In this document: positions 41,179 through 50,747 of the stretch, one piece after another
How positions within the stretch are numbered: position 1 is the stretch's first letter
Layout: every line of letters starts with the position of its first letter
Assembly (NCBI GenBank): GCA_037142615.1
Contig: JBAXAI010000017.1
Location: forward strand, 1 to 64,000
Reading direction: 5' to 3'
Source: Spirochaetales bacterium
GTDB taxonomy: Bacteria; Spirochaetota; Spirochaetia; JABEVK01
Length of the DNA: 64,000 nucleotides
Notes under the pieces: generated by a model
The model's database searches: none
What the model saw: the letters and a program-made list of their open reading frames with translations, nothing else
Told to the model about the DNA's origin: nothing
Translations under genes and position numbers: made by a program

Positions 41179-42956
41179 GCACGCCCGCCAACGACCTCAT
41201 CCGAGGCGCCAACCTGCGACTTCTGGGCCAACTCATGGGCACTTTGCGACCCTACTTCTGGCCCGTGCTCACTTCGGTGATCGCGCTGGCGATCGGGGCC
41301 CTTTCCGAGCTGGCGGTTCCCCTGCTATTGCAAAATGGCATCGATAAGGGCTTTCTTGCAAAGGACTTACCTCATCTGACGCTCGTGAGCGCAGGCATTT
41401 TGGTTGCCATCGTCGTCACCATGCTGGCGTCGTTTTACCAAGTGTACATGCTGTCAAAAATCTCGCAGTGCGTGATGCTCGACCTGCGAACCGCGCTGCT
41501 GGCCCGGTTCCAGCGCCAAAGCTCGGCCTCGTTGCTGGGGCATCCGCAGGGCAAACTGGTTTCGGCGGTCACCAGCGATGTTTCGACACTCAGCGACTTT
41601 TTCAGCACGCTGTTCACTTCGCTGCTCAAGGACTTCGTGATGATGTTCGGCGTGGTGGTGGCGCTGTTTCTGCTCAACCCCGTGCTGGCCTTCTGGACTG
41701 TCATCACCTTACCGCCAGTGTTGGTGTTGGTGGTGCTCTTTGGTCGCTGGAACCGCAAGGCCAACCGCCGCGTGAGGGCTCAGGTCGGGCGCGTTACGGC
41801 GTTTCTGGCAGAGCACATCCAGGGCATCGGCATCGTTCAGCTGTTCGGCCGCCAGCAGGCTGCCAAGGTGACTTTCAGTGTCGAGAACACGGCCTTGCTC
41901 GAGGCCAATCTGGCCGAACGAACTGTGAACGCAGTGTTCCGGCCGATCATTGACGTGTTGTGGGCCGTTTCGCTGGGCTTTCTGGTGTGGTTCGGCACCG
42001 ACCTGTTCCTGCATCCGGTTGTCGGAGCTTCGTTGACGGTCGGCGTGCTCATCGCGTTCATTACCCTCGTCACACGGTTCTACAATCCGGTGGCAAGCTT
42101 GGCAGAGAACTTCACTGCGTTGCAGTCAGCCTTGGCCGGGGCCGAGCGCGTGTTCCATTTCTTGGGCAGCGACGAAACGATACCCGACACGGGCGCCCTG
42201 ACACTCGACGGTGCGCCGAACGGCAACATCGCCTTTTGCCAGGTACACTTCCGGTATCTGCCCGAAGAGCCCGTGCTGCAAGGTCTGGATTTTGAGGTAC
42301 GAGAAGGCCAAACGGTGGCCCTCGTGGGCACGACTGGTGCCGGCAAAACGACCGTGACGAGCCTGCTGACCCGGCTCTGGGACGTTGATGAGGGCTGTAT
42401 TCTATTGGGAGGGAAGGACTTACGCGAGTACCGTCTGGACTCTCTGCGGGGTGGAATCCAAAGTGTGTTGCAGGATGTGTTCTTGTTTTCGGGGAGCGTC
42501 TTCGACAACATTGACCTGGGGCGGGGGTTGAGCCGCGGACGCATTGAGGACGTGTGCCGTCAGGTTCAGGCGCACGAGTTCATCGCCAAGCTGCCTGCCG
42601 GGTACGATACCTTGCTCAACGAAGGTGCCACCAACCTGAGCACCGGCCAGCGCCAACTGATCTCGTTTGCACGCGTGCTGGCGCAAGACCCGCGGGTGCT
42701 CATCCTCGACGAGGCCACCGCCAACATCGACACCGAAACCGAGGGCAAGATCCAGAAGGCCTTACAGGTGCTGTTGCACGGCCGCACGAGCCTGGTGATC
42801 GCGCATCGGCTTTCGACCATCCGCAAGGCCGACCGCATCCTGGTGCTCGACCGCGGCGTCATCGTCGAGGCAGGCACCCACGAAGAGCTGCTGAGGCAGG
42901 GGGGAATGTACGCCGACCTGTACAAGTTGCAGTTTGAAAAGGCCGGGAGCCCTTAG
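41175..42956 (+). CDS. ABC exporter, fused permease/ATPase (partner half)
   Basis: GTTGAGKTT, LSTGQ, ILDEAT and AHRLST; ATGA overlap. Confidence 0.93.
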   Translation: MSTPANDLIRGANLRLLGQLMGTLRPYFWPVLTSVIALAIGALSELAVPLLLQNGIDKGFLAKDLPHLTLVSAGILVAIVVTMLASFYQVYMLSKISQCVMLDLRTALLARFQRQSSASLLGHPQGKLVSAVTSDVSTLSDFFSTLFTSLLKDFVMMFGVVVALFLLNPVLAFWTVITLPPVLVLVVLFGRWNRKANRRVRAQVGRVTAFLAEHIQGIGIVQLFGRQQAAKVTFSVENTALLEANLAERTVNAVFRPIIDVLWAVSLGFLVWFGTDLFLHPVVGASLTVGVLIAFITLVTRFYNPVASLAENFTALQSALAGAERVFHFLGSDETIPDTGALTLDGAPNGNIAFCQVHFRYLPEEPVLQGLDFEVREGQTVALVGTTGAGKTTVTSLLTRLWDVDEGCILLGGKDLREYRLDSLRGGIQSVLQDVFLFSGSVFDNIDLGRGLSRGRIEDVCRQVQAHEFIAKLPAGYDTLLNEGATNLSTGQRQLISFARVLAQDPRVLILDEATANIDTETEGKIQKALQVLLHGRTSLVIAHRLSTIRKADRILVLDRGVIVEAGTHEELLRQGGMYADLYKLQFEKAGSP

Positions 42957-43462
42957 TGTCTCAGGTCAACGAGTAACCCGTTCAACTCGTCCACCTTGCG
43001 CAAAAGCTCGAGGTGGTCTTTCTGGTTGCTCAGCACGTAGACCCCAAGCTTGTCGAGTTTGTCGTTGATCACCTGCAATAGGGCGTACTTGGGCTTTTTC
43101 ATGTCTTTGCGCATTCGGCCCTCGACCTCGGTGAGTTCCAACGAGCTCGAGACAATCAGCTGGACAAAACGACCCACCGTTTTCTTGTAGGAAATCACGT
43201 TTTCGGGACTCGGATAACGCGCCAATTCCTCTCCGGCAAGGTGCACTTCATCGAGCAGAGATTCCAATTCGGCCTCGGTGGCCGCAAGAGCCCCGGCCGC
43301 CGTGGTGCCGATCGAAGGTGCTTCCTGTTCGCGGGTGCGGAGTAGCCCCAGGAAACCGGCGGCAGGTTTGGCGTCGGTTTTTTTGGGCTTGCGGGAGTCA
43401 TCTCTGGAGGGTAGAAAGCCGGTCAGCGGTCCCAGGGGTCCGGGACCGCCCAACCTATCCAT
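42953..43462 (-). CDS. YaaR (DUF327) family protein
   Basis: LLDEVHLAGEEL...YKKTV..F...INDKLDKL...VDELNGLLVDL. Confidence 0.8.
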   Translation of the reverse strand: MDRLGGPGPLGPLTGFLPSRDDSRKPKKTDAKPAAGFLGLLRTREQEAPSIGTTAAGALAATEAELESLLDEVHLAGEELARYPSPENVISYKKTVGRFVQLIVSSSLELTEVEGRMRKDMKKPKYALLQVINDKLDKLGVYVLSNQKDHLELLRKVDELNGLLVDLRH

Positions 43463-43937
43463 GGCTGGGGCCAAGGCCGGAGCTTTCGGCCAGGGCCACA
43501 TCGGCGGGAGTCCGCACTTTAAGTCCCGTGTCGATCTTGAGGGTGTAGGCCTTTTGGGCCATCAACGGGTGTTCACCGGTTTCGCGGATGCGGGGAGTAG
43601 CGCAACAGGAACCGTCGATCACGACACCGTTGTCGATCTGGATGCGTGGAGCGTACACGTTGCCAACCACCAATGCAGTCGACATCAACGTGATTTTCTC
43701 GCTGGCCGAAAGGTTGCCCTTGATGATACCGCCAACCACGATGTCGCGGGCTGTGAGGTTGCCTTTGACGCGCCCGTGGCGGCCCACGAGAATGCGGCCC
43801 TCAGTCTGCGCGTTGCCCTGAAAGTCGCCATCGATACGGAAAAAGCCGCTGACGCTGAGGTCACCCTTGAAGGACGAGTTTTCGCCGATGATGCTGTTGA
43901 TGTAGACGGTCGGATCGCCTTCGGGACCCCGCATCAC
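43455..43937 (-). CDS. Bactofilin (polymer-forming cytoskeletal protein)
   Basis: SIIGENSSFKGDL, RIDGDFQG, VGGIIKGNL and GVVIDG; directly downstream of an M23 gene. Confidence 0.9.
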   Translation of the reverse strand: MMRGPEGDPTVYINSIIGENSSFKGDLSVSGFFRIDGDFQGNAQTEGRILVGRHGRVKGNLTARDIVVGGIIKGNLSASEKITLMSTALVVGNVYAPRIQIDNGVVIDGSCCATPRIRETGEHPLMAQKAYTLKIDTGLKVRTPADVALAESSGLGPSHG

Positions 43938-44971
43938 TCGGCCTTTTGGTCGAACAGGTCGCTCGAGAAGCTCAGGTACTTGGTCGGGTCAACCACCTGG
44001 GTGCCGATGCGCACTTCGTAATGCAGGTGAGGTCCGGTGGAAAGGCCGGTTGAACCCAGGAACCCGATGACCTGCCCACGCACGATATCTTGTCCTTTGG
44101 TGACTGCGATGCGGGAAAGGTGACCGTAGCGGGTCGAGAATCCGTAGTTGTGTTTGATGTCGATGTAGTTTCCAAAGCCCAGCGCTTCGTAGTCGGTTTT
44201 GAGCACCTTGCCGTTGGCCGTGGCCACGACAGGCGTTCCTTGTTGCTGGGCGATGTCGATGCCCTTGTGGAGGTACCACTGGCCCGTGAACGGGTGAACT
44301 GAGGGGCCAAAGGGAGTCGTGATCCAGCCGCGTACGTTGGCCAGCGGCCACAGCGTCGGAATGTCTAGCAACAAGGACTTTTGCGACGACAGAGCGCTGC
44401 TCACCTGGGCCAGCGGCCCCGTCGTATCAGCTAGGTACGACTGAAGGTTCTTGAGCTCGCCGATTTCGCGGACGGCTCCCTGATCGACCTCCTGCAGACT
44501 CAAGAGCGAAGCGAGGTCGCCCCGCACTTGAGGGTCCACGGTAGGTTTATGGATGGGAACGCCAACCACGCTGAGCGTGGCGTTGAGTGAGTTCTCGAAT
44601 TGCTTGGCCACGGTGCGCAGTTGCGCGACCTCTTCGCGAACGCGGTCGAGGTTGGACTGCGACGATTCCAGAGTGTCGGATTTTTGGGCCAAGAGCCGGT
44701 TGAGGCCGGTGTAGCTGGCGGAATACCAGAGCAACGCGGCCAGCAGACACGTGGCCAGAAGCGCCAAAAAACCAATGGCGAACACCGAGATCTTGAAGTT
44801 CACGATGCGCTTTTCCGAGTGAGGAATGAGCATGATCGTGAAGTTCTGCCGCCCAACGGTCCAGACCCGCTTCCAAAAGGCCACCAAGCGTTGGAACAGC
44901 CCCCGGTAGCCCTTTTTGACACTTTGGGCTACCTGCGCCTCCATCTGTTTGTATTGCCTGACAGGTGACAA
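43934..44971 (-). CDS. M23 family metallopeptidase
   Basis: HKGID, YGHL and STGPHLHYEV; N-terminal transmembrane segment and coiled coil. Confidence 0.93.
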   Translation of the reverse strand: MSPVRQYKQMEAQVAQSVKKGYRGLFQRLVAFWKRVWTVGRQNFTIMLIPHSEKRIVNFKISVFAIGFLALLATCLLAALLWYSASYTGLNRLLAQKSDTLESSQSNLDRVREEVAQLRTVAKQFENSLNATLSVVGVPIHKPTVDPQVRGDLASLLSLQEVDQGAVREIGELKNLQSYLADTTGPLAQVSSALSSQKSLLLDIPTLWPLANVRGWITTPFGPSVHPFTGQWYLHKGIDIAQQQGTPVVATANGKVLKTDYEALGFGNYIDIKHNYGFSTRYGHLSRIAVTKGQDIVRGQVIGFLGSTGLSTGPHLHYEVRIGTQVVDPTKYLSFSSDLFDQKAE

Positions 44972-45009
44972 GCCCTATTCCCTCCGGAACACACGAACTC
45001 TATCTTGAC

Positions 45010-45074
45010 AAGCTACCTTCAAAGAACCCCTTTGTCAATTCAAGGTTGACCAACCGGATCATCTGTTGTAAATT
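45010..45074. promoter_or_regulatory. Divergent sigma70-type promoters (M23 operon and tatD)
   Basis: Minus strand TTGACA-N17-TAGCTT (45038-45010); plus strand TTGACC-N17-TAAATT (45046-45074). Confidence 0.5.
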
Positions 45075-45136
45075 TGAGCCGAAGATCGTTTCTTCCCATC
45101 CCCGACAAGTTTGTTTTGCCTCTTCCGGAGCGTTCC

Positions 45137-45916
45137 ATGAAACTGTTTGACACACACTCGCATATGAGCCTCATCCATGACGACCACATCGAACAGTTGC
45201 TCTTGGCCCAGGAGGCCAAACGCGAAAACGTTCTAGGTATCCTGAGCATTACCAACAACATCCAGGACTTCTTTGTGGTCCACGAGAACCTCAAGACCGC
45301 GTCGAATATTTACTACGCTATTGGTGTTTCCCCGTCGGAAGTGTCACACCCTGGCCGCGATTGGGAACAGAAGGTGATGCAGGGGGCCCTACTCGACCGC
45401 GTGGTGGCCATCGGTGAAACAGGTCTCGATTACGAAAAGAAATACGGTGACAAGAAGAGTCAGATTGACCTGTTCCTGAAGCAGTTGGAGTTGGCGGGAC
45501 GCCTGAACCTGCCCGTGATCGTGCACAACCGGGGGGCCGGCGACGACGTGCTGGCGATTCTGCGCGACAAGCTGCCCAGCCGGGGCGCCATTTTGCATTG
45601 CTACAGCGAGGACGTGGCCTTTGTGCACAAGGCTCTCGACCTGAACGTGTACATCAGTTTTGCCGGCAACGTGACCTACCGCAACGCCCGGACCATCCAG
45701 GAAACCGCCATCGAGATGCCGCTCGACCGCATGCTCATCGAAAGTGAAAGCCCGTTCCTGATTCCCAGCGAACACCGGGGCAAGCGCAACAAGCCCAGCT
45801 ACCTGCCCAGCACGCTCTACCACATCGCTGAACTGCGCAATGAAGACCCCGAGAGAGTGGCTGACCAGATTTGGGAGAACTCTTTGGCGGTTTTCGGGCT
45901 CACTGGCAAACTGTAG
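45137..45916 (+). CDS. tatD: TatD family hydrolase/DNase
   Basis: DTHSH, AIGETGLD, VHNR, ILHC and LIESESPF. Confidence 0.9.
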   Translation: MKLFDTHSHMSLIHDDHIEQLLLAQEAKRENVLGILSITNNIQDFFVVHENLKTASNIYYAIGVSPSEVSHPGRDWEQKVMQGALLDRVVAIGETGLDYEKKYGDKKSQIDLFLKQLELAGRLNLPVIVHNRGAGDDVLAILRDKLPSRGAILHCYSEDVAFVHKALDLNVYISFAGNVTYRNARTIQETAIEMPLDRMLIESESPFLIPSEHRGKRNKPSYLPSTLYHIAELRNEDPERVADQIWENSLAVFGLTGKL

Positions 45917-45932
45917 CTAGCCGAACTTAGCC

Positions 45933-46730
45933 CTACAGGTCGAGCGTCACGCTCACCGGGCAGTGGTCGCTGCCCATGACCGACGGGTGGATTTCGGCGG
46001 CTTTGACCTTGTCTTTGAGGCTAGCCGAGACCATCACGTAATCGATGCGCCAGCCTGAGTTGTTGGCGCGGGCGTTGCCGAAGTTGCTCCACCAGCTATA
46101 GTGACCGTTGCCTTGGGTGAAAAGGCGGAAGCTGTCGACGAATCCAGCATCGACCATGGCCTGGAAGCCCGAGCGCTCCTCGTCGGTGAAGCCGTGTTTG
46201 CCCCGGTTGCTCTTGGGGTTGGCGAGGTCGAGCTCGGTGTGGGCCACATTGAAGTCACCGCAAAACACCACCGGCTTGGTCTTTTCGAGCTGCTTGCAGT
46301 AGGCCAAGAAAGCCGGATCCCATTGCTTTTGGCGCAAGGGAACGCGACTGAGGTCTTCCTTGGCGTTGGGCGTGTACACCGTCACAACAAACAATTGCGG
46401 ATATTCCACCGCCAGCACGCGGCCCTCCGTATTTGGGTCGCCGTACGCATCGGGAGCCATCGAGAACTGCTTCTGGATGTCGTCTGGGATTCCGTTGCGC
46501 ACCGACAGCGGTGCCGTCTTGCTGAGCACCGCGGTGCCGGAGTAGCCCTTCTTGACGGCCGAGTACCAGAACTCCTGATAACCAGGCGCGTTGACGTCGG
46601 CCTCACCGGCCTGAGCCTTGGTCTCTTGCACGCAAAACACATCGGGGTTGTTGCTGGCAAGAAAGGGGAGCAGCGCGTCTTTTTTGAGCACCGAACGGAT
46701 GCCGTTGACGTTCCAGGACGTGATTTTCAT
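45933..46730 (-). CDS. xth: Exodeoxyribonuclease III (AP endonuclease)
   Basis: SWNVNGIR, QETK, GYSG, VYTPN, GDFNVAH, GWRIDY and SDHCP. Confidence 0.95.
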   Translation of the reverse strand: MKITSWNVNGIRSVLKKDALLPFLASNNPDVFCVQETKAQAGEADVNAPGYQEFWYSAVKKGYSGTAVLSKTAPLSVRNGIPDDIQKQFSMAPDAYGDPNTEGRVLAVEYPQLFVVTVYTPNAKEDLSRVPLRQKQWDPAFLAYCKQLEKTKPVVFCGDFNVAHTELDLANPKSNRGKHGFTDEERSGFQAMVDAGFVDSFRLFTQGNGHYSWWSNFGNARANNSGWRIDYVMVSASLKDKVKAAEIHPSVMGSDHCPVSVTLDL

Positions 46731-46744
46731 CGGCAAAGGATAGC

Positions 46745-46839
46745 TTACCAGAAGAGTTTGAGTCCATGGGGCTCGAAGCCGGCCAGGCGACGGTCGCGAC
46801 TGACGAGCACCAATTTGCGGGTAAAGCCAAGGCCGCCTT
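46745..46839 (-). pseudogene. C-terminal remnant of a PIN-domain (VapC-like) toxin gene
   Basis: ...LVLVSRDRRLAGFEPHGLKLFW* resembles the LxLxSxD...W end of VapC proteins; the frame runs into the 49-bp repeat. Confidence 0.45.
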
Positions 46840-46888
46840 GACCCGCTTTTGGGTTGACCTGCCACTTGCTGCCAAGAACGGGAAGGTA
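46840..46888. repeat. 49-bp perfect direct repeat, copy 1
   Basis: GACCCGCTTTTGGGTTGACCTGCCACTTGCTGCCAAGAACGGGAAGGTA, identical to 48936-48984. Confidence 0.95.
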
Positions 46889-47361
46889 GTACTTTGCCGG
46901 TGAACCTGGGAAGTCACGAACGCGCCCTCGGTCGCGATGTTCTTGGCCCAGCCCGAGTACGAAACCTTGCTCTGGCCATCGGTACCGCTTCCCGCCACAA
47001 GGCAGGCGGCCACCTGCTCTCCGGAACCCCATGACACGTCCATCGCTTGATGCGCGACAGGTTTCCCGGCGGCGAATTCCTGCGCCGTCACAGCGAGTTT
47101 ACCAGCTTGGGTAGCTCGTTCAGGTGCCAGGGTGACCACGTTTCCGTCGATGGCACGAGACCAATAGAATCGACACAACAAGTGTTATAAGGGATACCTT
47201 CATAGGAACGAACACTAGCGAAGGTGTGCCAGCGAGTCAATCCTCGACAGCCGTAAATCGTCGCTGCCTCTGGACTTAACGGGAATAAACCAGATCGGGG
47301 GCCACAGCGCGTTGAGGCTTGCACCCTTGACACCCAAGAAGGGGGCATCCAGACTGTCCGC

Positions 47362-48990
47362 ATGACCTTGGAGAACGCGCGAGATACTCCTGACTCCCAG
47401 GCAACGACACCGTTTGAAGCGTCCCTGCGGTGGCGGACTCTGAACTATGTTTTGCTTGTCCTCTTCATCGCAGCCACAGCTCTGCTGCTCTACAACCTCC
47501 AGTTTGGCTCCATCTTCTCGCTTGTTTCGCTGGGCCTTCTTGACTCGCTATGCTTGGTCTCGTTTGGGCTCAATTCGCGCGGACATTACCGTTTTGCCGC
47601 GATCCTCTGCATCGTGGCAAGTCTTCTTGCTGTAAACTTCAATGTCTACGACGGCTACGGTCTGTTTGATTCCGGCGTGGTCGCGTATCCGATCTTCATT
47701 ATCCTCGGCGCGATGCTGCTGGGGCGTCGCACGGTGCCCTGGCTCTCGATTGCAGCCCTGGCTTCGCTGGGGTTGATCACCTACCTGCAGTGGTCTGGCT
47801 TGATTTCCGTCAGGGCCAAGGCAGAGAAGATCGGTGGGGTACTTCCCCTGAGCATTCTTACTTTGATTGCAGGCCTGCTGGTCAGTGCCATCATGGGGGC
47901 GATGGAACGAAGCTTGGGACAACTCAGGCGCGCCGAGTCGGAGCTACGCGTCGCCAATGGTTCACTCGAAGCAAGGGTCAACCAGAGGGAGGCCGAACTG
48001 CGTGAGCTTCAGGGACGTTTGATTGAAGATGAGAAACTGGCCACCTTGGGCCGTGTGACAGCAGCCGTCGCGCACGAAATGAACTCTCCGATTGCCGCGA
48101 TGGTCTCGATGTCGGGTAGCACGGAGGAGTCGCTGGCGCAACTGCAGAAGTCACTGACAGTTCTCGTGAGCCAAAGTACGCAGGAAGAGCGGGAGGCCTT
48201 CTTGGCCCTGCTCAATGCCCGGCAGACCTATCCACCCGGTTCCGAGCGAGATGCGCGCAAGCTGGCCTTGGCGGAAGTAGAGCGGTGGGGCTTTGCCGAC
48301 GCTCCGGCATTGGCGGACCTGCTTCTCGGCTTTCGAGTCCCGGTGACGCAAGAAAACGCCCAGCGGATCGCTGTGGCGGTGACGACAACGGCAGGACGGG
48401 CATCGGCCGACGTCTTGTTCCGCATGGCAGACTTGGAAGAAGCGTCTCTTGTTATTCGCGACGCCGCCCTCAAGCAGAGTCGGGTCGTCGACTCCCTTCG
48501 GGCGAGTCTCCTTGCGGGGAACCCAACCTCGAGGGTGGAACTTGACCTAGCGGGAGAGGTCGGTGCTGCCGTGAAAGGTTTCGTTTCGAGGCAGAGGACC
48601 GAAACTGATGTCAGTTTCACTTCCCGGGGGAACGTGGTCGTCGAGGGAAACTCTGGTCGCTTGGGGCTGGTCTGGTTGAATCTCCTGAAGAATGCGGTGG
48701 AAGCGGCCGGCCCGTCGGGACGTGTCAGCGTAGAAGTGATTCCCTTGGCAACGACCGCGAGGGTGGAAGTTCGCGATTCGGGCCCTGGCATCCCCATTGA
48801 GAATCACAGCCAAATCTTCAAGCCCTTCTTCACAACCAGGAGCCTAGGAACAGGTCTCGGTCTGGGCCTCACGACAGCCAACCGGGTCGTGCTGGACCAT
48901 GGTGGTACCATCAGCTTTAGCAGCGAACCGGGAGAGACCCGCTTTTGGGTTGACCTGCCACTTGCTGCCAAGAACGGGAAGGTACCCTAA
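47362..48990 (+). CDS. Membrane-bound sensor histidine kinase (orphan)
   Basis: About six transmembrane segments; H-box AHEMNSP, N-box NLLKNA, DSGPGI, PFFTT and GLGLGL. Confidence 0.92.
   Translation: MTLENARDTPDSQATTPFEASLRWRTLNYVLLVLFIAATALLLYNLQFGSIFSLVSLGLLDSLCLVSFGLNSRGHYRFAAILCIVASLLAVNFNVYDGYGLFDSGVVAYPIFIILGAMLLGRRTVPWLSIAALASLGLITYLQWSGLISVRAKAEKIGGVLPLSILTLIAGLLVSAIMGAMERSLGQLRRAESELRVANGSLEARVNQREAELRELQGRLIEDEKLATLGRVTAAVAHEMNSPIAAMVSMSGSTEESLAQLQKSLTVLVSQSTQEEREAFLALLNARQTYPPGSERDARKLALAEVERWGFADAPALADLLLGFRVPVTQENAQRIAVAVTTTAGRASADVLFRMADLEEASLVIRDAALKQSRVVDSLRASLLAGNPTSRVELDLAGEVGAAVKGFVSRQRTETDVSFTSRGNVVVEGNSGRLGLVWLNLLKNAVEAAGPSGRVSVEVIPLATTARVEVRDSGPGIPIENHSQIFKPFFTTRSLGTGLGLGLTTANRVVLDHGGTISFSSEPGETRFWVDLPLAAKNGKVP
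48936..48984. repeat. 49-bp perfect direct repeat, copy 2 (3' end of the kinase gene)
   Basis: Identical to 46840-46888. Confidence 0.95.
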
Positions 48991-50159
48991 AACAGCAGGT
49001 TCAGCGTGATGACGGTGAGGTTGCTCTCGCGGATCTGGTTGACGAGGCTTTCGAAGTGGACGCCGACTTTTTGGCATTCCTCGGACAAGTAGCTGAGGTA
49101 GTACAAGCCGAGTTCGGTGTTGGCACCCGCGTCACCGGGGGTGTCTTTGTAAAAGTCCATCAGGCTGCGAAGTTTGACGTCGGCAGTTTTGGTTTCATCG
49201 ACGCTCTTCTTGGTTTCGAGGAAGGCGGCGTCCTTATTATAGATCTTGACCTGCAGTTTTTCGCGGCTACCGACGGCGCGGCTGGTCTCGCCCCCGACCT
49301 TCCAGCTGAGAAACACGTTCTGGCTGCGGGCCCGCATTTCTTCGACGATCATTTTGCGCATTTCAGGGTCGTACATCACGGCCATCGGGTCGAGCGTTCC
49401 CTTGTAGCGGTTCTTGGCGAAAGTTTGCAGGTTGGTGTTTTCGGCCATGATGGCCAGTTCCATGGTCATCAGGCTCAGGTACTCGGCGATCTTGCTCTTG
49501 ACCATGAAGTCCTTGAGGATGCCTTCGATCTCGTTGAGCAAGAGCGGCAAATCGTCGCTGTCTTTGAACTTGACAAGGATGAACCAGATGAACGGCCTGA
49601 GGGTGGTGAGGAACTTGTCGGCGAGAAAAATCTGGATGTTTTTTTCTTCGGGCAACAGCGTGTCGTTGGCCTGAACGGTCTGCACGATGACCGCGAGGAT
49701 TTCCTGCTTGATGGCGCCCACAATGGCACGGTTCTTGTCGAGCGATGCGGCGAGCGCAGTCTCGCCGAGATTGGTCTTTCGGTCGATGATGCTGCCTGAG
49801 TTGGAACGGTTCCACTTGCGCACCACCTCGGAGTCGATGACCTTGGTGAACACGATTTCGTCGAAACGGCGGTAGAGGGTACCGTAGGTGATGAGCTTGG
49901 ACAGGTCCATGACATCCTGGCGCTTGCTCATGAACTCGGGGCGGCTGATCTCCAGGTTCTGCACGTAGTTGATCAGGAGCATCTTCTGCACCGAGGCGGG
50001 ACTGAACGTGTCGAAGTAAATGCCGTACTGCTCAACATCGTCGGCGAGCTTGAACTTGGTGAGTTTCTTGTTGCTCTTGATGAAGAAGTTGATGCCGTCT
50101 TCGTTGAAGATGATCTTCATCGGGAGTTCCAAGATTTTTTTTCGTTTTTCTTCGGCCAT
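48987..50159 (-). CDS. Hypothetical cytoplasmic protein
   Basis: 390-aa ORF with strongly GC-ending codons; family not recognised. Confidence 0.8.
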   Translation of the reverse strand: MAEEKRKKILELPMKIIFNEDGINFFIKSNKKLTKFKLADDVEQYGIYFDTFSPASVQKMLLINYVQNLEISRPEFMSKRQDVMDLSKLITYGTLYRRFDEIVFTKVIDSEVVRKWNRSNSGSIIDRKTNLGETALAASLDKNRAIVGAIKQEILAVIVQTVQANDTLLPEEKNIQIFLADKFLTTLRPFIWFILVKFKDSDDLPLLLNEIEGILKDFMVKSKIAEYLSLMTMELAIMAENTNLQTFAKNRYKGTLDPMAVMYDPEMRKMIVEEMRARSQNVFLSWKVGGETSRAVGSREKLQVKIYNKDAAFLETKKSVDETKTADVKLRSLMDFYKDTPGDAGANTELGLYYLSYLSEECQKVGVHFESLVNQIRESNLTVITLNLLF

Positions 50160-50169
50160 CAGAGCAACC

Positions 50170-50682
50170 TTACCAATGCTCGTACGAAACCAAACGGCCC
50201 AAAGGCAGGCGGCTGTGTTCCATGGTCATTGTTTCGCCGGGAAAACCCACGAGAAGTAGCAGGACCACTCGCATCGAGTACGGGACAGTGAGAAGATCAC
50301 GAATCTCGTCTTCGTTGAAGGTTGTGTTGATGCAGGTGCCGAAACCTTCACGCACGGCCTGCAAACCCATGAAGGCGGCGCTCATGGCCAGATCGATAGG
50401 ATAACTGAGCTGGCCATTGGGCATGCGGTAGTCGATGTTGGTGCTGCAGACGGCGATGATAGCACTCGCCTGACCCACGCCGGGCTCGTTGTAGGCGGCT
50501 TCTTGGAACTTTCGTCGAAGCTCGGCGTCTTGAACCACAACAAAACGCCAAGGCTGGCGGTTCTTGGCCGAAGGAGCGAGCCGACCCGCTTCGAGAATGC
50601 GCTGCAGCGCCTCGGGATCCATCGATCCTTCCCGGAACTGGTGCACACTGTAGCGATTGAGGATTTCGGGAAGAAGGTCCAT
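50170..50682 (-). CDS. Nitroreductase family protein
   Basis: RYSVHQF, LAPSAKNRQPWRF and GFGTC. Confidence 0.9.
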   Translation of the reverse strand: MDLLPEILNRYSVHQFREGSMDPEALQRILEAGRLAPSAKNRQPWRFVVVQDAELRRKFQEAAYNEPGVGQASAIIAVCSTNIDYRMPNGQLSYPIDLAMSAAFMGLQAVREGFGTCINTTFNEDEIRDLLTVPYSMRVVLLLLVGFPGETMTMEHSRLPLGRLVSYEHW

Positions 50683-50747
50683 TCAGTGTCCTTCGGGGCA
50701 GTATACACGAACTTGTGCAAGTGTCAAAGATGTCTTATTTTAGTGTG

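Noticed and set aside
45005-45038. TTGACAA...TTGTCAA inverted repeat as an operator or transposon end
   Set aside because: Short, and at least partly explained by the -35 element of the M23 operon promoter
46603-47181. 192-aa minus-strand ORF as an intact gene
   Set aside because: It crosses the duplicated 49-bp junction and overlaps the xth start out of frame; at best a chimeric fragment
46840-48984. 49-bp repeat pair as the template and variable repeats of a diversity-generating retroelement
   Set aside because: The copies are identical with no adenine-specific mismatches, and no reverse transcriptase gene is present
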